Virus record (IMG/VR): IMGVR_UViG_3300024239_000355
Coordinates: 131,193-195,192 of that record
From: a virus
DNA: 64,000 nucleotides
Strand: one strand, 5' to 3'
Positions 20,601 to 32,100 of this stretch are shown here, in pieces (the stretch's first letter is position 1; every line of letters begins with the position of its first letter). A model generated the notes under the pieces. It made no database searches, was not told the origin of the DNA, and saw only the letters and a list, made by a program, of their open reading frames with translations. Position numbers and translations under genes: made by a program.

Positions 20601-20846
20601 CACGCTTGGATCATCCTTACACTGTACTGCATTTATTCCAGTGTACACCGTTACAACACCATCAGTTGAAGCAGGCGCGATTGCTGGTATCAGGGAGCTT
20701 TGGGCATAAACTTCGTGTGCGAACACCTGAATAGGAGACGCAAAGATTTCATTCGGACCAGCCTTACCAGTGGTATCAGTCTCGGTAACACCATAAGCAA
20801 TCTTTTTCCAGAGGAAATCAGTCTTTTTTTGATCAGATATTGCCAT
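17697..20846 (-). CDS. Large virion fibre/structural protein
   Basis: 1049 aa; FLWKK N-module; C-terminal half paralogous to 20849..23746. Confidence 0.8.
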   Translation of the reverse strand: MAISDQKKTDFLWKKIAYGVTETDTTGKAGPNEIFASPIQVFAHEVYAQSSLIPAIAPASTDGVVTVYTGINAVQCKDDPSVAGKHTWVAVTDIVAAISDTTRLKDWIAPSVHFTYAVQVYAGDPNASGILLNPLATNEEWVFDYAAGVLHFPNNVPTAVNTNDIYIIGYRYTGTKGVSGGGGLTTKIEDTTDGNTFVDTALETGSVVISSDGQKIFRVTKGTTATADEGLLITNADGEVQLQGYGTASAPVDIRLKPTSGKSIIADGPIVGATTLSLYGGITSDVEIRGGAGVTPGSVRIQDTDGADVIVVRDSAAGGPKVNHLVVENAPSGEGIRLIADSIDTNTTIILDPKGFGGVRIGDGGTGYGIITAIPGATTYVGGGDSTGGTNPAQPLLLIGGNGDVGNGADVILRGGISNSALGGTVRLQDAAGQDVITIDGYNDSINYFQFNNSPTGFALEFLAQGADTDIDIGIGPKGSGQLVVPATYQVTALNSVATKAYVDTLASGASNKLQTPTDGTFADGAITSWAAGATTYSDAIDDLNEILGLLIPSKPADLSSKILSISNGATIRGGSDILLSSGVTNFTGSTAPAAGTQITRVGTSSVDSAIITSFGSGTTGQLTAHVNGTPTGTVTLTTGSNVGTFGSLVVSRDDAYPVDKPGFWQDLDAKVSTMVTAGINKFALIHSETGSTNEAVFVYDDFSTAPVASGLTLTEGTPGTLAYSSGVPHYNAGATLKCGATVSNLAGKTYLANGVIQISSTTNFGSQVNLDPGQNGLPTIFSSGMSPQTVSNVTFTVGGTVHTNGNIRCRGRNAAVDGNWANTSKIVNVMSGTPVANTSGPVMEMSIYVDATLGTIPSGAQTNAGRVVMNSGDTPADNKGSLTAPDWNSSSTLASYDAAVVAGVLKHEITDYSTYLPVGPDYSFTQDATQYVTFMFRRSAVSQFKIVVNGTYSGCWVKLPGITDTTNTTNGWWNMFGLYTGVGVPGDNTVAGGNGSNGCAVGTAMNGTTGSYICSLGTQSSTNSSNNIILVRFKMVAGNLITGIGFAK

Positions 20847-20848
20847 CT

Positions 20849-23746
20849 TTACACCTTCTTGAAAGACAGTGCCGTAATAGACTGTCCGGAAGTAAGCTTA
20901 AACCGAACCAAAATAATGTTGTTGGTCGCATTGGTTGAGGTTTCAGTACCAAACGTTGCTGTATAAGTCCCAGCATTTCCATTCATAACCGATCCCAATG
21001 CACATCCAGACGATCCATTCTGTCCGGGAACACCGTTACCATTATATAGCTGATACATGTCCCACCAACCATTGGGGGCAGTTCCAACGGCAATCCCTGG
21101 CATCTTCACCCAACACCCAGTATAGGTGCCGGTGACTTGAATTTTGAACTGTGACACGGCGCTACGACGGAACATAAAGGTCACGTATTGGTTTGCTGCG
21201 CCAGATGACCGATCTATTCCAACCGGGAGATACCCCGTGCTGTAATTAGTGACATCATGCTTCAAAACACCACCAACAACCATTGCTTCGTGATCCGCTG
21301 CCGTAACGGTCGATACCCAGTCAGGTACCGTTAAGGATGCCTTGTCATCAGCCGGGGTATCACCGGTTGCCATGGTGACACGACCAGCATTTGTCTGGGC
21401 ACCGGACGGGATCACACCCATAGTGGCATCCACCGGGATCGACATTTCAATAACCGCCGAGGACGGCGAACCCGACATAACGTTGATCTTTGTAGCAATG
21501 GCGCTTGCGGCGCTATCTGCTGCTGCATTACGGGCTTTTACCGAAATCTGCGATGTGGCATGCACCGTCCCAGACAAGGTAACCGTCTGCGTGAAACTCT
21601 GCGCTGCCATGTTCTTCGAGAACTGGGCGGGTAAACCACCAGCGCCAGGGTTTACATCAACCTGTGCGGAAACCGCCGGGGACGATGTGATTTGCAGAAC
21701 ACTGGACCCGAGATAAGTTTGCCCAACCAAGCCGGATACCGAGCCAGAAATCGTAAGAACGGCGTTGGCGTTGTAGTGTGGTACACCGCTCGAATATACC
21801 ATAGTACCCGGTGTGGTTTGGACGACTGCCGTACCAGACAAAGTGGGGGCAGTCCCGAGGTCATCATAGACCACGACCAGCGAATTAGTCGTTCCGGTTT
21901 CGCTGTGCTGCATCTTGAGGCTGTTCACACCAACTAGCAGCGTCCCATTGATATTGGCGTCCAAGTCTTCCCAGAACCCAGGGGTAGATGACGGATAAGC
22001 ACCATTGCGTGTAATCTGCAAGCTGCCGTTGGTCCCGGTATTGTCGGATGAATCAAGCGTGATCTGTCCCACCGCAGTTCCGTTGACCATTGCCGTAAGA
22101 GTGCCGCTATTACCGCTTCCAAAACTGGTCACAGCATCCGTCGATACCGATGCGGTACCAACACGAAGCACCTGGGTTCCTGCCGCTGTGCCAGTGGTGG
22201 CATTGTCGGTCACACCAGACGCCAACAGAATGTTCGAACCCCCACGAGTATTCACAGCAGACGAAATAACCAACATCTTAGTGGACAACGCAGGCGGGGA
22301 AGGTGGGAGAAGCAGACCAAGAATTTCATTCAGGTCATCAACCGCGTCACTGATCTTTGTTGTCCCAGCGATCCAAGTTTTCACCGCCGGGTCTTTACCA
22401 GCGCGTCCATCAGTCAACGAGCCATCAGTTGGAGTATCAATGAATTGTGATCCGCCGCCGGATGCTGCCGCATCACGCCAGAAAAGGTTTCCAAGACCAT
22501 CGGTCGAAAGAACCTGATTTTCAGACCCATCCGCACTCGGGAAAGTAAACCCATTGATGATCACCTTACCCGGACCCACACCACCGGTCCCGGCACGAAT
22601 AACAACATTCCCGCTGTTGGTTGACGATCCGGTTTCTGGTGTGAACCCATTACCACCTTCAAGAACTAAATCGCCTGCATTTTCAACATCAGTACCATCA
22701 CCACCTTTAAGCTTCAATTCACTGCCGTAGAACGCTTGAATTGCCCCCGGTCCAGTACCATCAATTTCAACATACCCAGTGCCACGCGGGTTCAAAATGA
22801 TGTTTTCAGCATCCTCGCTGTAAATCTCATAACCATTAACGCCTAGATCACCACCAAGCTTTGGCGCGATGTCCTCTACAACAGAACCAATACCCGCACC
22901 GCCGCCGCCAGCACCGGACACCTGAATACCCTTGGTCGCGCTGAGCTTGATGTAAAGTGGCTTTGCATTCGCAGGCTTGGATGCCGTCAAGGCACCAACA
23001 CTGTCTAGATAAATGAAAGCGCCGTCAGTACCGACCGTGCTTAAATCCACATCAACTAAACGTCCAATTGGGCGATACGTAAAGTTTTCTGGACCCGGAA
23101 TGCCGATTGATGAGACAAAACCCACAATACGCTGAACTGCATCAGTCGCAGCAGTTGCCTTTTCATAACCGGTCGGAGTCAGTATCAGGGGATCATTTAC
23201 CGCGAAACCATGCCCTGGCTGTATAACAGGGACATACGTAGTAATCTGATTACGAAGACGAAATCGACTTTCTATTTGCTGCGTCACATAAGGAGATACA
23301 AGATCACTGATGTTATGGAACACCGGCAATCCATCATCAGAAAGTTCAGCGACGAAACAATCAAAATTCCCAGGCGAACTCGCCCCACCAATTCCGGAAC
23401 CAGTTTGTACCGGGTCCACGAACAAGTTAAAACGATCAACGTCTTCAACTACGCATTTGACATAAGCATCAGATTGCGTGGTATTATCAACTGATACAAT
23501 TTTTAATCCGAATTTTTCATTCCCGAAAATAAGCCAATTATCAACAGTAATATCAAAGCCATTAAAAGTAAATGGCGTTGTGGTCGCATGACTGGAATGA
23601 GACTGAGCCTCAACCGTCATTTCAACTTCCCACTGATATGGCATCCCAACCCACGGGTCTCCCGTCGCATCATCGGTAGTCCAAAATGCGACGGGATTAA
23701 TGGAGGTGACCTCAACTCTCAGACATTTAGGCGGACGAATAGCCAT
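20849..23746 (-). CDS. Large virion fibre/structural protein
   Basis: 965 aa; APKLGGDL and FPSADG...GNLFW repeats; shares C-terminal QYVTFMFRRSAVSQFKI region with its neighbour. Confidence 0.8.
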   Translation of the reverse strand: MAIRPPKCLRVEVTSINPVAFWTTDDATGDPWVGMPYQWEVEMTVEAQSHSSHATTTPFTFNGFDITVDNWLIFGNEKFGLKIVSVDNTTQSDAYVKCVVEDVDRFNLFVDPVQTGSGIGGASSPGNFDCFVAELSDDGLPVFHNISDLVSPYVTQQIESRFRLRNQITTYVPVIQPGHGFAVNDPLILTPTGYEKATAATDAVQRIVGFVSSIGIPGPENFTYRPIGRLVDVDLSTVGTDGAFIYLDSVGALTASKPANAKPLYIKLSATKGIQVSGAGGGGAGIGSVVEDIAPKLGGDLGVNGYEIYSEDAENIILNPRGTGYVEIDGTGPGAIQAFYGSELKLKGGDGTDVENAGDLVLEGGNGFTPETGSSTNSGNVVIRAGTGGVGPGKVIINGFTFPSADGSENQVLSTDGLGNLFWRDAAASGGGSQFIDTPTDGSLTDGRAGKDPAVKTWIAGTTKISDAVDDLNEILGLLLPPSPPALSTKMLVISSAVNTRGGSNILLASGVTDNATTGTAAGTQVLRVGTASVSTDAVTSFGSGNSGTLTAMVNGTAVGQITLDSSDNTGTNGSLQITRNGAYPSSTPGFWEDLDANINGTLLVGVNSLKMQHSETGTTNSLVVVYDDLGTAPTLSGTAVVQTTPGTMVYSSGVPHYNANAVLTISGSVSGLVGQTYLGSSVLQITSSPAVSAQVDVNPGAGGLPAQFSKNMAAQSFTQTVTLSGTVHATSQISVKARNAAADSAASAIATKINVMSGSPSSAVIEMSIPVDATMGVIPSGAQTNAGRVTMATGDTPADDKASLTVPDWVSTVTAADHEAMVVGGVLKHDVTNYSTGYLPVGIDRSSGAANQYVTFMFRRSAVSQFKIQVTGTYTGCWVKMPGIAVGTAPNGWWDMYQLYNGNGVPGQNGSSGCALGSVMNGNAGTYTATFGTETSTNATNNIILVRFKLTSGQSITALSFKKV

Positions 23747-23759
23747 TTACGTGTCCTCT

Positions 23760-26700
23760 TTAGAAGAAGAATACTGCTTTGAACTCACCATCATTGATGG
23801 TACCGTAGTTCGCGGGTGTACTGGTTGCTGTCAAGAACATCTGAGCGCCATCGTATTCAAGATCGGCAATAGAAGTCGAATTGCGTTGCTGATAACGAGT
23901 TCCCGATGTTGATGTTTTACCCCAGAAAGTTGCCAGCACAGGAGTAGAACCGACATTATGTGTAATGGTGATGACACTACTCGAATAGGTTGCTGCCCAA
24001 CCAGATGGCACCGTGAAGTTAGTTGGCACCGCCGCAACGTAGCCGACAATTACTTCATACTTGGTCAGTCCACCGCTACCACCCGATGCCACCGCCACAT
24101 TAGCAACACCAGAGCCGCCATCGGTTACCGTGACCGCAGAGCCGGTGAAGTTAATAGTGGTGGCACCAGCAACAATAGACGTACCATCCTTCTTAACATC
24201 TACACCGCCCGTGCTTGGTCCACCGCCATTGGTATCCCATGTAAAAGCAGAACCAGTCCATTTCAGGTAAGTATTAGTGCCCGTTGGGGCGAGGCTGGTT
24301 AACGCACTCGTACCATTACCAAGGATCAGGGCGTTGGCTGTGAATGTGGTCGCACCGGTACCGCCCTTCGCAACACCCAGCGTACCGCCAATGTTGTTCA
24401 ACGACAGGTTGGCTTCATTGACATCAACCGAAGCAGCAGTCAACACAGCCCCAGTGCCACCAGTGACCGATACCTTATTTGAACCAGCAGTCAAATTAGC
24501 TCCGGTCGGCGCCCCACTAGCAGCAGCCCATGTAAACGCGGAACCATTCCACTTCAAATAAGTATCTGCGGTAGTTGGCGCAGCGGTTGCGCTGATACCA
24601 CCCGTCCCATTTCCAAGCAACACACCATTAGTGGTGAGTGTTGTTACACCCGTACCACCCTTTGCAACACCCAGGGTGCCACCAATGTTGTTGAGAGCCA
24701 AATTGGCTTCAACTACATCAATATCAATTTCATTATTTGTCGTATCATCGGCAACCGAAATCTTAGTAGACCCTGCATTGATTTTTTTGAATTCAAGGGT
24801 ACCGCCATTTACTTGTTTGAACACACCAACACCAGAATTTCCGATGTTAGATGCGGATGCCGATGCGGTTACCTCTGCCCATTCAAACGCGGTTCCGTTC
24901 CAATGCAGATAGGTATTAGAAGACGACGGAGCCACAGTGGTGGTCAATGCATTCGCACCATTACCGATCACAACACCATTGATCGTAAAGGTAGCAACAC
25001 CAGTACCGCCCTTATTGACGTTCAACGTGCCACCCAGGTTGTTCAAGCCGATATTGGCTTCCACAACATCAACCGTCACATCATCAGTTGTGGTGGCAAC
25101 CGAAACCTTGGACGAAGCCGCCTTCAGTGTACGGAATTCCAAAATACCCGCATTTTCTTGCTTGTATATCGCAGACCCAGTACCAACGTTGTTTGCACCG
25201 GACACGTCACCCGTACCACCCGACACAGTAGCAAATTCCAGCCCGGTGCCATCCGTCTTCACACGAACATACTGACCAACAGCGCCAGTGTACGAAGACG
25301 GCGTATCGGTCAGACCCAGGAACGTAGTCGCACCACCGGTCGCGGAAACTGCCTTGGCAATCCACTTGCTGGTTGCGGTATCCCAGGTAAGAACATGCTG
25401 ATCAGTCGGAGAAGCTGCATTGACATCCGCGAGGTCATCGAGACCAACCACACGCCCGGAAAGATCGCTGTAAAGACCGCTGGTGGCGACCGCAGCAAAG
25501 TTCGGCTTGTTGGTAAGATCAGCATAGCTGCCAGTCTTAGCGACATTCGCCGCGCCCGACAGATCATTGATGCTCCCAGTGGTTGCAACAGTTGCCAACG
25601 CAGTAAAATCCAGTCCAGTAGCCCCGCTATTGACGGTCACTACTTTATTGGCATGCCCTGTATACGCAGTCGGGGTATCCGTAAGCCCAAGGAAATCAGA
25701 CGAGCCAGAACCACCCGTTGCCGAAATTGTTACTGTAGTACCATCGCTTGCCAGGGTGACATTAGAACCCGCAACCAGCGACTTGAAGTTCAAGGTCGCG
25801 CCAGTTTTCCCAGCATAGAGACCTGTACCAATACCTAGATTTGCACCATCATTGGCTTCACCACCAGAACCACCAGAGCCAGGGGTCGCCCAGGACAAAT
25901 TCCCAGCACCATCCGTTGCAAGGAACTGACCATTGGTGCCGTCTGCCGAAGGCATCACTAAACCATTCAGGGTAACGGTGCCCTGTGCTGTCAGATTGGT
26001 AAAGGTGCCAGCGGCAGCAATAGACCCACCGATGATCGCACCATTAATAGTGCCGCCGGTAATGGATACTGCATTGGCATTCTGGATTGCCATTGTACCA
26101 AGACCAAGCACCGACCGAGCGCCAGCCTGATTGGTAGTGACATCAACACCAAACCCACCATTTGCAGCAGAAAGCGGTCCACCGCCCAATGCATTGCGGT
26201 CGATATTGGCTTCAACAACATCAACCTCAACGGTCCCACCGGTATTACCAACAGTTACTTTGTTGCTCTTTGCAGCAAGAGAGCGAATTTCAATATTGGT
26301 GCCGCTCATACCCTGGTAAATCGGAGTACCGGAACCAACGCTGACACCATTGTTCACTTCACCCGACCCACCAGAGCCAGTAACGGTTGACCAGTACAGT
26401 GCGCCAGCACCATCCGTGGTCAATACTTGCCCATTGGTGCCATCAGCGGACGGCCATGCCATCCCATCAAGAACAACTTGACCAGAACCATTCGGGCTGA
26501 TGTAGATATCACCGTTACTTACCGATGTAATAGCATGACCATTTACATCAAGATCACCACCAAGCTGCGGCGCAGTATCGGAAATTATCGACGCCATACC
26601 AGACCCAGAACCGTCAATTATAACTGCATTCGACGTTTCGGTAATCGTAATATTCGAACCGGCTTTGATGCGCTTGAATGGCAAATCGGTTCCGTTCTTA

Positions 26701-27722
26701 GTCCCAACTATACTTACACCATCACTTTCGGTACCAAGTGCCGATGTGGTATTTGCCTCACCCACATCCGCCGAAATCGTGATCACACCCGCATCTTCAC
26801 CAACCGAAATCGACCCACCACCCTGGATGGTCTTAAACTGCATTTGTCGATCAACAACACCCGAAAACACGGCAATACCAGATGCACCAACGTTCGTACC
26901 ACCAGTAATATCACTGGAAGCATCAATTAAGATGCTATTGGCATTCTCGGTCAGCGTGACGTTCGACCCTGCTTCAAGCGTGCGAAAATTCAGCACTGCA
27001 CCAGCTTTGTCGCGGTATATTGAGCGGCCAGTACCCAAATTGTTACCAACATTCACTTCGCCAGTTGACGCGGCGCTGATAATAATTTCCTGTCCGTCCT
27101 GGGTGATTGAAATGTTGGCACCTTCAGTCAAACGCTTAAACTGAAGATTGGAACCATTCTTCCCAGCGAAGATTTCCGCTTTACCGGCGCCAGCAATTCC
27201 GAGATTCAAACCATCGTTGGTTTCAGCCGTGGTGTGGATAACAACATCACCACCAACCTGTTCTACCGAGATTGCACCAGTGCCTTTAATATTACGAAAC
27301 TCAAGGGCAGACCCGGTTTTTTGCGCGAATAGTGCCGCGCCAGTACCAATGTTCGATGCATTGGTTATCCCTGTGCTGTCAATGGTGATCGAATTTGGAC
27401 CAACAACTAGATCGATATTGTTTCCAGCAATAAGACTTTTAAACTGAAGGTCTACGCCAGATTTTTGCGCGAACAATCCAACACCAGTTCCAAGATTAGA
27501 AGCAGTGTTTACTTCACCACTCGTCCCCTGGGCAGCCGCCGAAATCACAATCTTCTTCTGGGAAGTTGCAAAAAGATTTTGGTCAGCATCAACTACTTGA
27601 ATAGAAATACCGGGACCAGCTTCCAAACCACGAAGAACAAGAAAACCACGGTCGGGATCAAAGCGATCTACGATATCAATGCCGTTGCTTTCCGATGTGG
27701 TGGATAGGACTTTATCAATCAT
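23760..27722 (-). CDS. Long tail fibre protein with many internal repeats
   Basis: Repeats ASNLGTG.GLF..K.G..LQFK.L.AG, LGV.KGGTG, FLGLTDTP; likely start MIDKVL with GGAGA SD. Confidence 0.85.
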   Translation of the reverse strand: MIDKVLSTTSESNGIDIVDRFDPDRGFLVLRGLEAGPGISIQVVDADQNLFATSQKKIVISAAAQGTSGEVNTASNLGTGVGLFAQKSGVDLQFKSLIAGNNIDLVVGPNSITIDSTGITNASNIGTGAALFAQKTGSALEFRNIKGTGAISVEQVGGDVVIHTTAETNDGLNLGIAGAGKAEIFAGKNGSNLQFKRLTEGANISITQDGQEIIISAASTGEVNVGNNLGTGRSIYRDKAGAVLNFRTLEAGSNVTLTENANSILIDASSDITGGTNVGASGIAVFSGVVDRQMQFKTIQGGGSISVGEDAGVITISADVGEANTTSALGTESDGVSIVGTKNGTDLPFKRIKAGSNITITETSNAVIIDGSGSGMASIISDTAPQLGGDLDVNGHAITSVSNGDIYISPNGSGQVVLDGMAWPSADGTNGQVLTTDGAGALYWSTVTGSGGSGEVNNGVSVGSGTPIYQGMSGTNIEIRSLAAKSNKVTVGNTGGTVEVDVVEANIDRNALGGGPLSAANGGFGVDVTTNQAGARSVLGLGTMAIQNANAVSITGGTINGAIIGGSIAAAGTFTNLTAQGTVTLNGLVMPSADGTNGQFLATDGAGNLSWATPGSGGSGGEANDGANLGIGTGLYAGKTGATLNFKSLVAGSNVTLASDGTTVTISATGGSGSSDFLGLTDTPTAYTGHANKVVTVNSGATGLDFTALATVATTGSINDLSGAANVAKTGSYADLTNKPNFAAVATSGLYSDLSGRVVGLDDLADVNAASPTDQHVLTWDTATSKWIAKAVSATGGATTFLGLTDTPSSYTGAVGQYVRVKTDGTGLEFATVSGGTGDVSGANNVGTGSAIYKQENAGILEFRTLKAASSKVSVATTTDDVTVDVVEANIGLNNLGGTLNVNKGGTGVATFTINGVVIGNGANALTTTVAPSSSNTYLHWNGTAFEWAEVTASASASNIGNSGVGVFKQVNGGTLEFKKINAGSTKISVADDTTNNEIDIDVVEANLALNNIGGTLGVAKGGTGVTTLTTNGVLLGNGTGGISATAAPTTADTYLKWNGSAFTWAAASGAPTGANLTAGSNKVSVTGGTGAVLTAASVDVNEANLSLNNIGGTLGVAKGGTGATTFTANALILGNGTSALTSLAPTGTNTYLKWTGSAFTWDTNGGGPSTGGVDVKKDGTSIVAGATTINFTGSAVTVTDGGSGVANVAVASGGSGGLTKYEVIVGYVAAVPTNFTVPSGWAATYSSSVITITHNVGSTPVLATFWGKTSTSGTRYQQRNSTSIADLEYDGAQMFLTATSTPANYGTINDGEFKAVFFF

Positions 27723-27780
27723 ATGTGCGTCTCCCGGTAAATATTCGATCCACCTCTTATTTAGTTGAACCAACGAATCC

Positions 27781-27814
27781 AAAAAACCTAAGGGGTGGTT
27801 TTCACCACCCCTTA
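27781..27814 (-). terminator. Intrinsic terminator after the subtilisin gene
   Basis: CTAAGGGGTGG/CCACCCCTTAG plus A6. Confidence 0.8.
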
Positions 27815-27819
27815 GATAC

Positions 27820-29133
27820 TTATGTATATCGTAGACCCATCAATCGTACTGCACCCGTCTGGCGCAATGCTCGGGACACATACTCCGAATATAGCAATCT
27901 GTTTGGGGTACCTGCTATGATTTGGTCAGCCTCCGGGTTAAAACATCCTGTGGTGGCATTTGCAACAATCCAATCATGTATTTCTTGGACATAGGTTGCA
28001 GTGGTCCCAATATCATATTTTTGAAGACGAAGGGCAACAACACCAGCAACATGCGGCGTTGCCATACTCGTACCGCTCATTCGAGTACCGTATCCCTCCA
28101 TCATTGCCGACGCACAAATATCGTACCCCGGCGCAACCACATCAATCATCGTACCATAATTAGTGGACTCCCAAAAAGAGTCATACATATCAGCACGATC
28201 AACCCCAATATTAGCATTACCAAACGCACACGCTGCAACCGTAATTGCACGTGCAATTTCCGCCGGGTATTCATCATTCCCAGGAGCATCCAAATTTAAC
28301 CCACTATTACCGGCGGCAGCACAAACGACGATCCCATTGTTGATACAACTATCCACCGCAACATTCAGAGCAGTATCGTCTCCACCAAGACTAAGGTTCA
28401 TAACCGAGGGACGTTTATTTCCCGAGGAAATTTTTGCCAAATGATGGGTTAAGGCAGCATCAATACCATTAAGTACAGATTCATAAGTTGTTGATGATGA
28501 TGAATCAAACACACGACATACCTGAATAGTCGCACCCTTTGCAACCCCGAAAAACGAACTCGCAATTATCGACGCAACATGCGTCCCGTGTCCGTTCACA
28601 TCAACCCCATACGCTTCATCACCCACCGTGCGATAACTGTCATGCAACATATTATAACGTCCGGAAAATTGGGTTATCGGTGCCAACCCAGTATCCACCA
28701 CATAAACATCAACACCAGACCCATCCCTAACATAGAAATAATCCGATGTACGAGGGTATTCGTCACCGGTTGGTGCCAGCCATGCCGTTGGCATATCAGT
28801 AATCTTACGGCGACAAATACGAGCAAGTCCCCAGTTACCACCCCATCCATTGGAAAGAAGCGAAATATTCTGCGTCGGACCACCTTCCAAGGTCATGACG
28901 TGCGGTTCAGTACCGTGGCTCACGGTACCCAAACTCACAATAGTACCCGCCAGTTTGATCGAATACGTGCGTGTGTCGTTCTGAACACGAACCGCAATAT
29001 CAGGGGGACATTCGATGACAATATGCTGATATAACGCACCATAGTCGTTGACGATATCCGCCCCTAATGAGGTAAGATAAGGCAGGTATTCTGCCTTATC
29101 CACACCCTTCTGCATTACAACAATGTACCGCAT
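27820..29133 (-). CDS. Subtilisin-like S8 serine peptidase
   Basis: Catalytic triad motifs VVDTG, HGTHVAS, GTSMATPHVAG; oxyanion AAGN; I9-like propeptide. Confidence 0.95.
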   Translation of the reverse strand: MRYIVVMQKGVDKAEYLPYLTSLGADIVNDYGALYQHIVIECPPDIAVRVQNDTRTYSIKLAGTIVSLGTVSHGTEPHVMTLEGGPTQNISLLSNGWGGNWGLARICRRKITDMPTAWLAPTGDEYPRTSDYFYVRDGSGVDVYVVDTGLAPITQFSGRYNMLHDSYRTVGDEAYGVDVNGHGTHVASIIASSFFGVAKGATIQVCRVFDSSSSTTYESVLNGIDAALTHHLAKISSGNKRPSVMNLSLGGDDTALNVAVDSCINNGIVVCAAAGNSGLNLDAPGNDEYPAEIARAITVAACAFGNANIGVDRADMYDSFWESTNYGTMIDVVAPGYDICASAMMEGYGTRMSGTSMATPHVAGVVALRLQKYDIGTTATYVQEIHDWIVANATTGCFNPEADQIIAGTPNRLLYSEYVSRALRQTGAVRLMGLRYT

Positions 29134-29136
29134 GGA

Positions 29137-32100
29137 TTACATCCAATTCCGAGTGCTATATTTGATAACAGGATCATCACCCGTCGCAGTCGAAGTATAT
29201 TGAAGATTAATCAGACTACCAACACAGGTGACACTAATAGTCACACCGATTGTTCCCCCTACATCAACCCCGGTATCGACCAATGCCACGGTTGACCCAG
29301 TACGAGCAATAAGCAATGTGCCCGTGCGAGCAGACGTTCCGCGAGAAATTGAGTAATCGACATACAATGCAGTCGCCTCAATTGCCGCAATCGTCGCAGC
29401 GGTAATTTGATTGTCATTGAGGTCAACAGTAGTCAATCGACCATAAGTCACCCCACCAAGGATCACGACACCAGTAGAAGCACCACCAGTACCACCATCA
29501 ATAACAATATTTCCGGAATTAAAAGACCCCGACCCTGCGCCACCTTGCAGAATTAGGTCACCCGCATGACCGCTCTGCCCGGCGCCGCCCTTGACCGTCA
29601 AATCAAACGTCGGATCAGGTTCCAGGGCGCCAACCGAAGCCCCACCAAATCGTACCTGTCCAGTACCATCCGGAGCAAAAACTATATCCTTGTTCGAGGT
29701 GGAAACGATGCGGTAATCACCAACATCCAAATCACCACCCAACACCGGAGCCGTTTCATTCGTCAACCCAGAAACAACAATAGTCCCGGCACCGGTCGAA
29801 TTTGTCGTATAGACCGATGACCCAATGAGATAGACTTCAATATTGTTGGTCGAAGTTGCCGTTAGATTAATAATAGACGAGCCAAACACCTCTACCAGGG
29901 AATACAATCCACCGAAGTCGAAGATAGCCTCGTTATCATTCAAAACCAAACTATTGAACTGGCTATTGAAGATATTTACCTTCACGCCCGCAATAGTTAC
30001 CGTTGCTGGGCTGATATGCCCGCTGATGCGAATACGATCACGCCCCGCACCATCGCCATATATTTCGGTTCCGGATAGATCAGAACAATTCTCCATAATT
30101 ACGGTCATCGGGAATGCAACGGGAGTCACACGATCTGCCGCAACATGTTCAATAGCAAGTCCAGAGTCGGCAAAATCAATGTTCTTTAGAGCAATCACAC
30201 CACCTTCGGTATGATCAATCGTCAATGAAACCGGAGCATAACCACCGCCACCGTCACTCCGACGAATAATCGTATGAGCCGTAGTCGTACCAAAAACACT
30301 CACATTCGGTTTAAGAACAAACGACACATCCTCATCATACAAACCGGGTCCGACCAACACTGCGTACTGATCAATCATCGTTGCATCCGAAATTGCGTCT
30401 ATAGCCGCTTGGACAGTCAAGTATGGACGCCCTAGTGATCCGTCCGCTGTGCTATTATTCCCGTTCTTACCCACGTGAACAGTATGGCGGATTGCCGGAA
30501 CAGTCGCACTAGCAAGCTTTGTATCAATTGCCGAAAGATGCGCAGTAATTGTCGTATCGACCGGAACGTAATTTTCAGCAATATGGTTTGTCTTGACGCC
30601 TTGACCAGTAAGAACAGAGTCAATACCAGCCAAGTGATCACTGACTGTATTCGTCGCAGCGGTGTAATTCACAGCAACATGTGAAGTGGGTAATGCCTGG
30701 GCAGTCAACTTGGCATCAATACCCGTGAGGTGCGCCTTCAGATTGTCACCAGACACCGTATAATTGATCGGGGTGTACGTAGTTGCAAAATCGTTTGCTG
30801 GAATGGCATCAAGGATATCCACGGTGGCTGCGCCGCCGAGAAGCCCACCGTTCTGCTGGAACATCTTATAGGTTGAACCATCAACGCGGAAACTATTGGC
30901 TGGACCGCTGAAGACCCCAGACACGCTGGAACCGAAAATGCCGCTCGGGGTGCCGATGCTGGTATCCACCGCCGAAGTTACAGTCATTCCAGAAATCTTG
31001 CTGTTCTTAATCGCGCCAAACGACTTGACCGCCACCAACGCATTGAACACCGTATCAGACACGTCGTACAGACGACCTTCCGTCACCGAAATCTGATCGC
31101 CAGTATAGACATTGTGGAAATAGAGTCCTACCTCACTGGTCTGGGTGCCCGAAATGGTGCCAAGTACACGCGCATTAACCAAGCACACATCGACCGCCGA
31201 CGCCGTAGCAGACGGGCTAAACACGATATTACCAGAAACAGTCACCCCATTCGCAGCGGCACTGCGATCCTGACCCGCAGTGACTTCACCATGCCCTATG
31301 ATGCTGAAGCATGGACGAAGTTCCGACGACAGAACGGTAGCCCCATCCGTGTTGATTACGATGTTGCGCGGAACTGTTGGTGCAACCGCATCCCCCAGGG
31401 TCCACGGACCAAGCCCGAACAGGGTCACAGTGCGCCCGGCTGGAACCGACAGGTTCTCGTTGTAAATACCCGGAGCGATATGTACCAACCACCGCTTATT
31501 TTGCTCAGCAGCAGTTTTAGCGGTAGCGCCAATCACGTCCAGAGCCTTTTGGATAGTCAAGTACGGCGCATTAGCATCACCGGTATTGGCATCACTACCG
31601 TTCTTGTCCACGAACACCACTTGCTGATAGCGCACCAACCCGGTGTTTGACGCCAGAACCGCAAGCTTAGAGTCAATCCCAGCCAAATGACCTGGGATAG
31701 TATCTTCGGTGATGTTGTAGGAAGACGGACTGTAGTTGGCCTTAATGTCAGTACCCACACGACCATAGAACGAGCGTGTACCGGTCAAAACGTCCGCAGC
31801 CGGATTGCGTGCTACGTCATTGAGAACGTAGGAGCATGCACCAGTTTTGCTAATGGCACCATAGGTTCCATCGGTCTGAACCAAACTTACATTATCAAGC
31901 GTCAGGCGGTTACCGATGGCAGTACCGACCGGTGCGTTCGAAACAATAGAATTGCCCGCGAATTTGGCAATACGACCCACGTTGCGCAGAGTCAGCATAC
32001 CAGCTTCATGGGTCACCACGCCGATTTCAGCGCAGTTCTCAACGATAGTGACGGCACTTTCTTTCTTGGTGGTGATGCGGGCATTATTGTTTTCAATATC

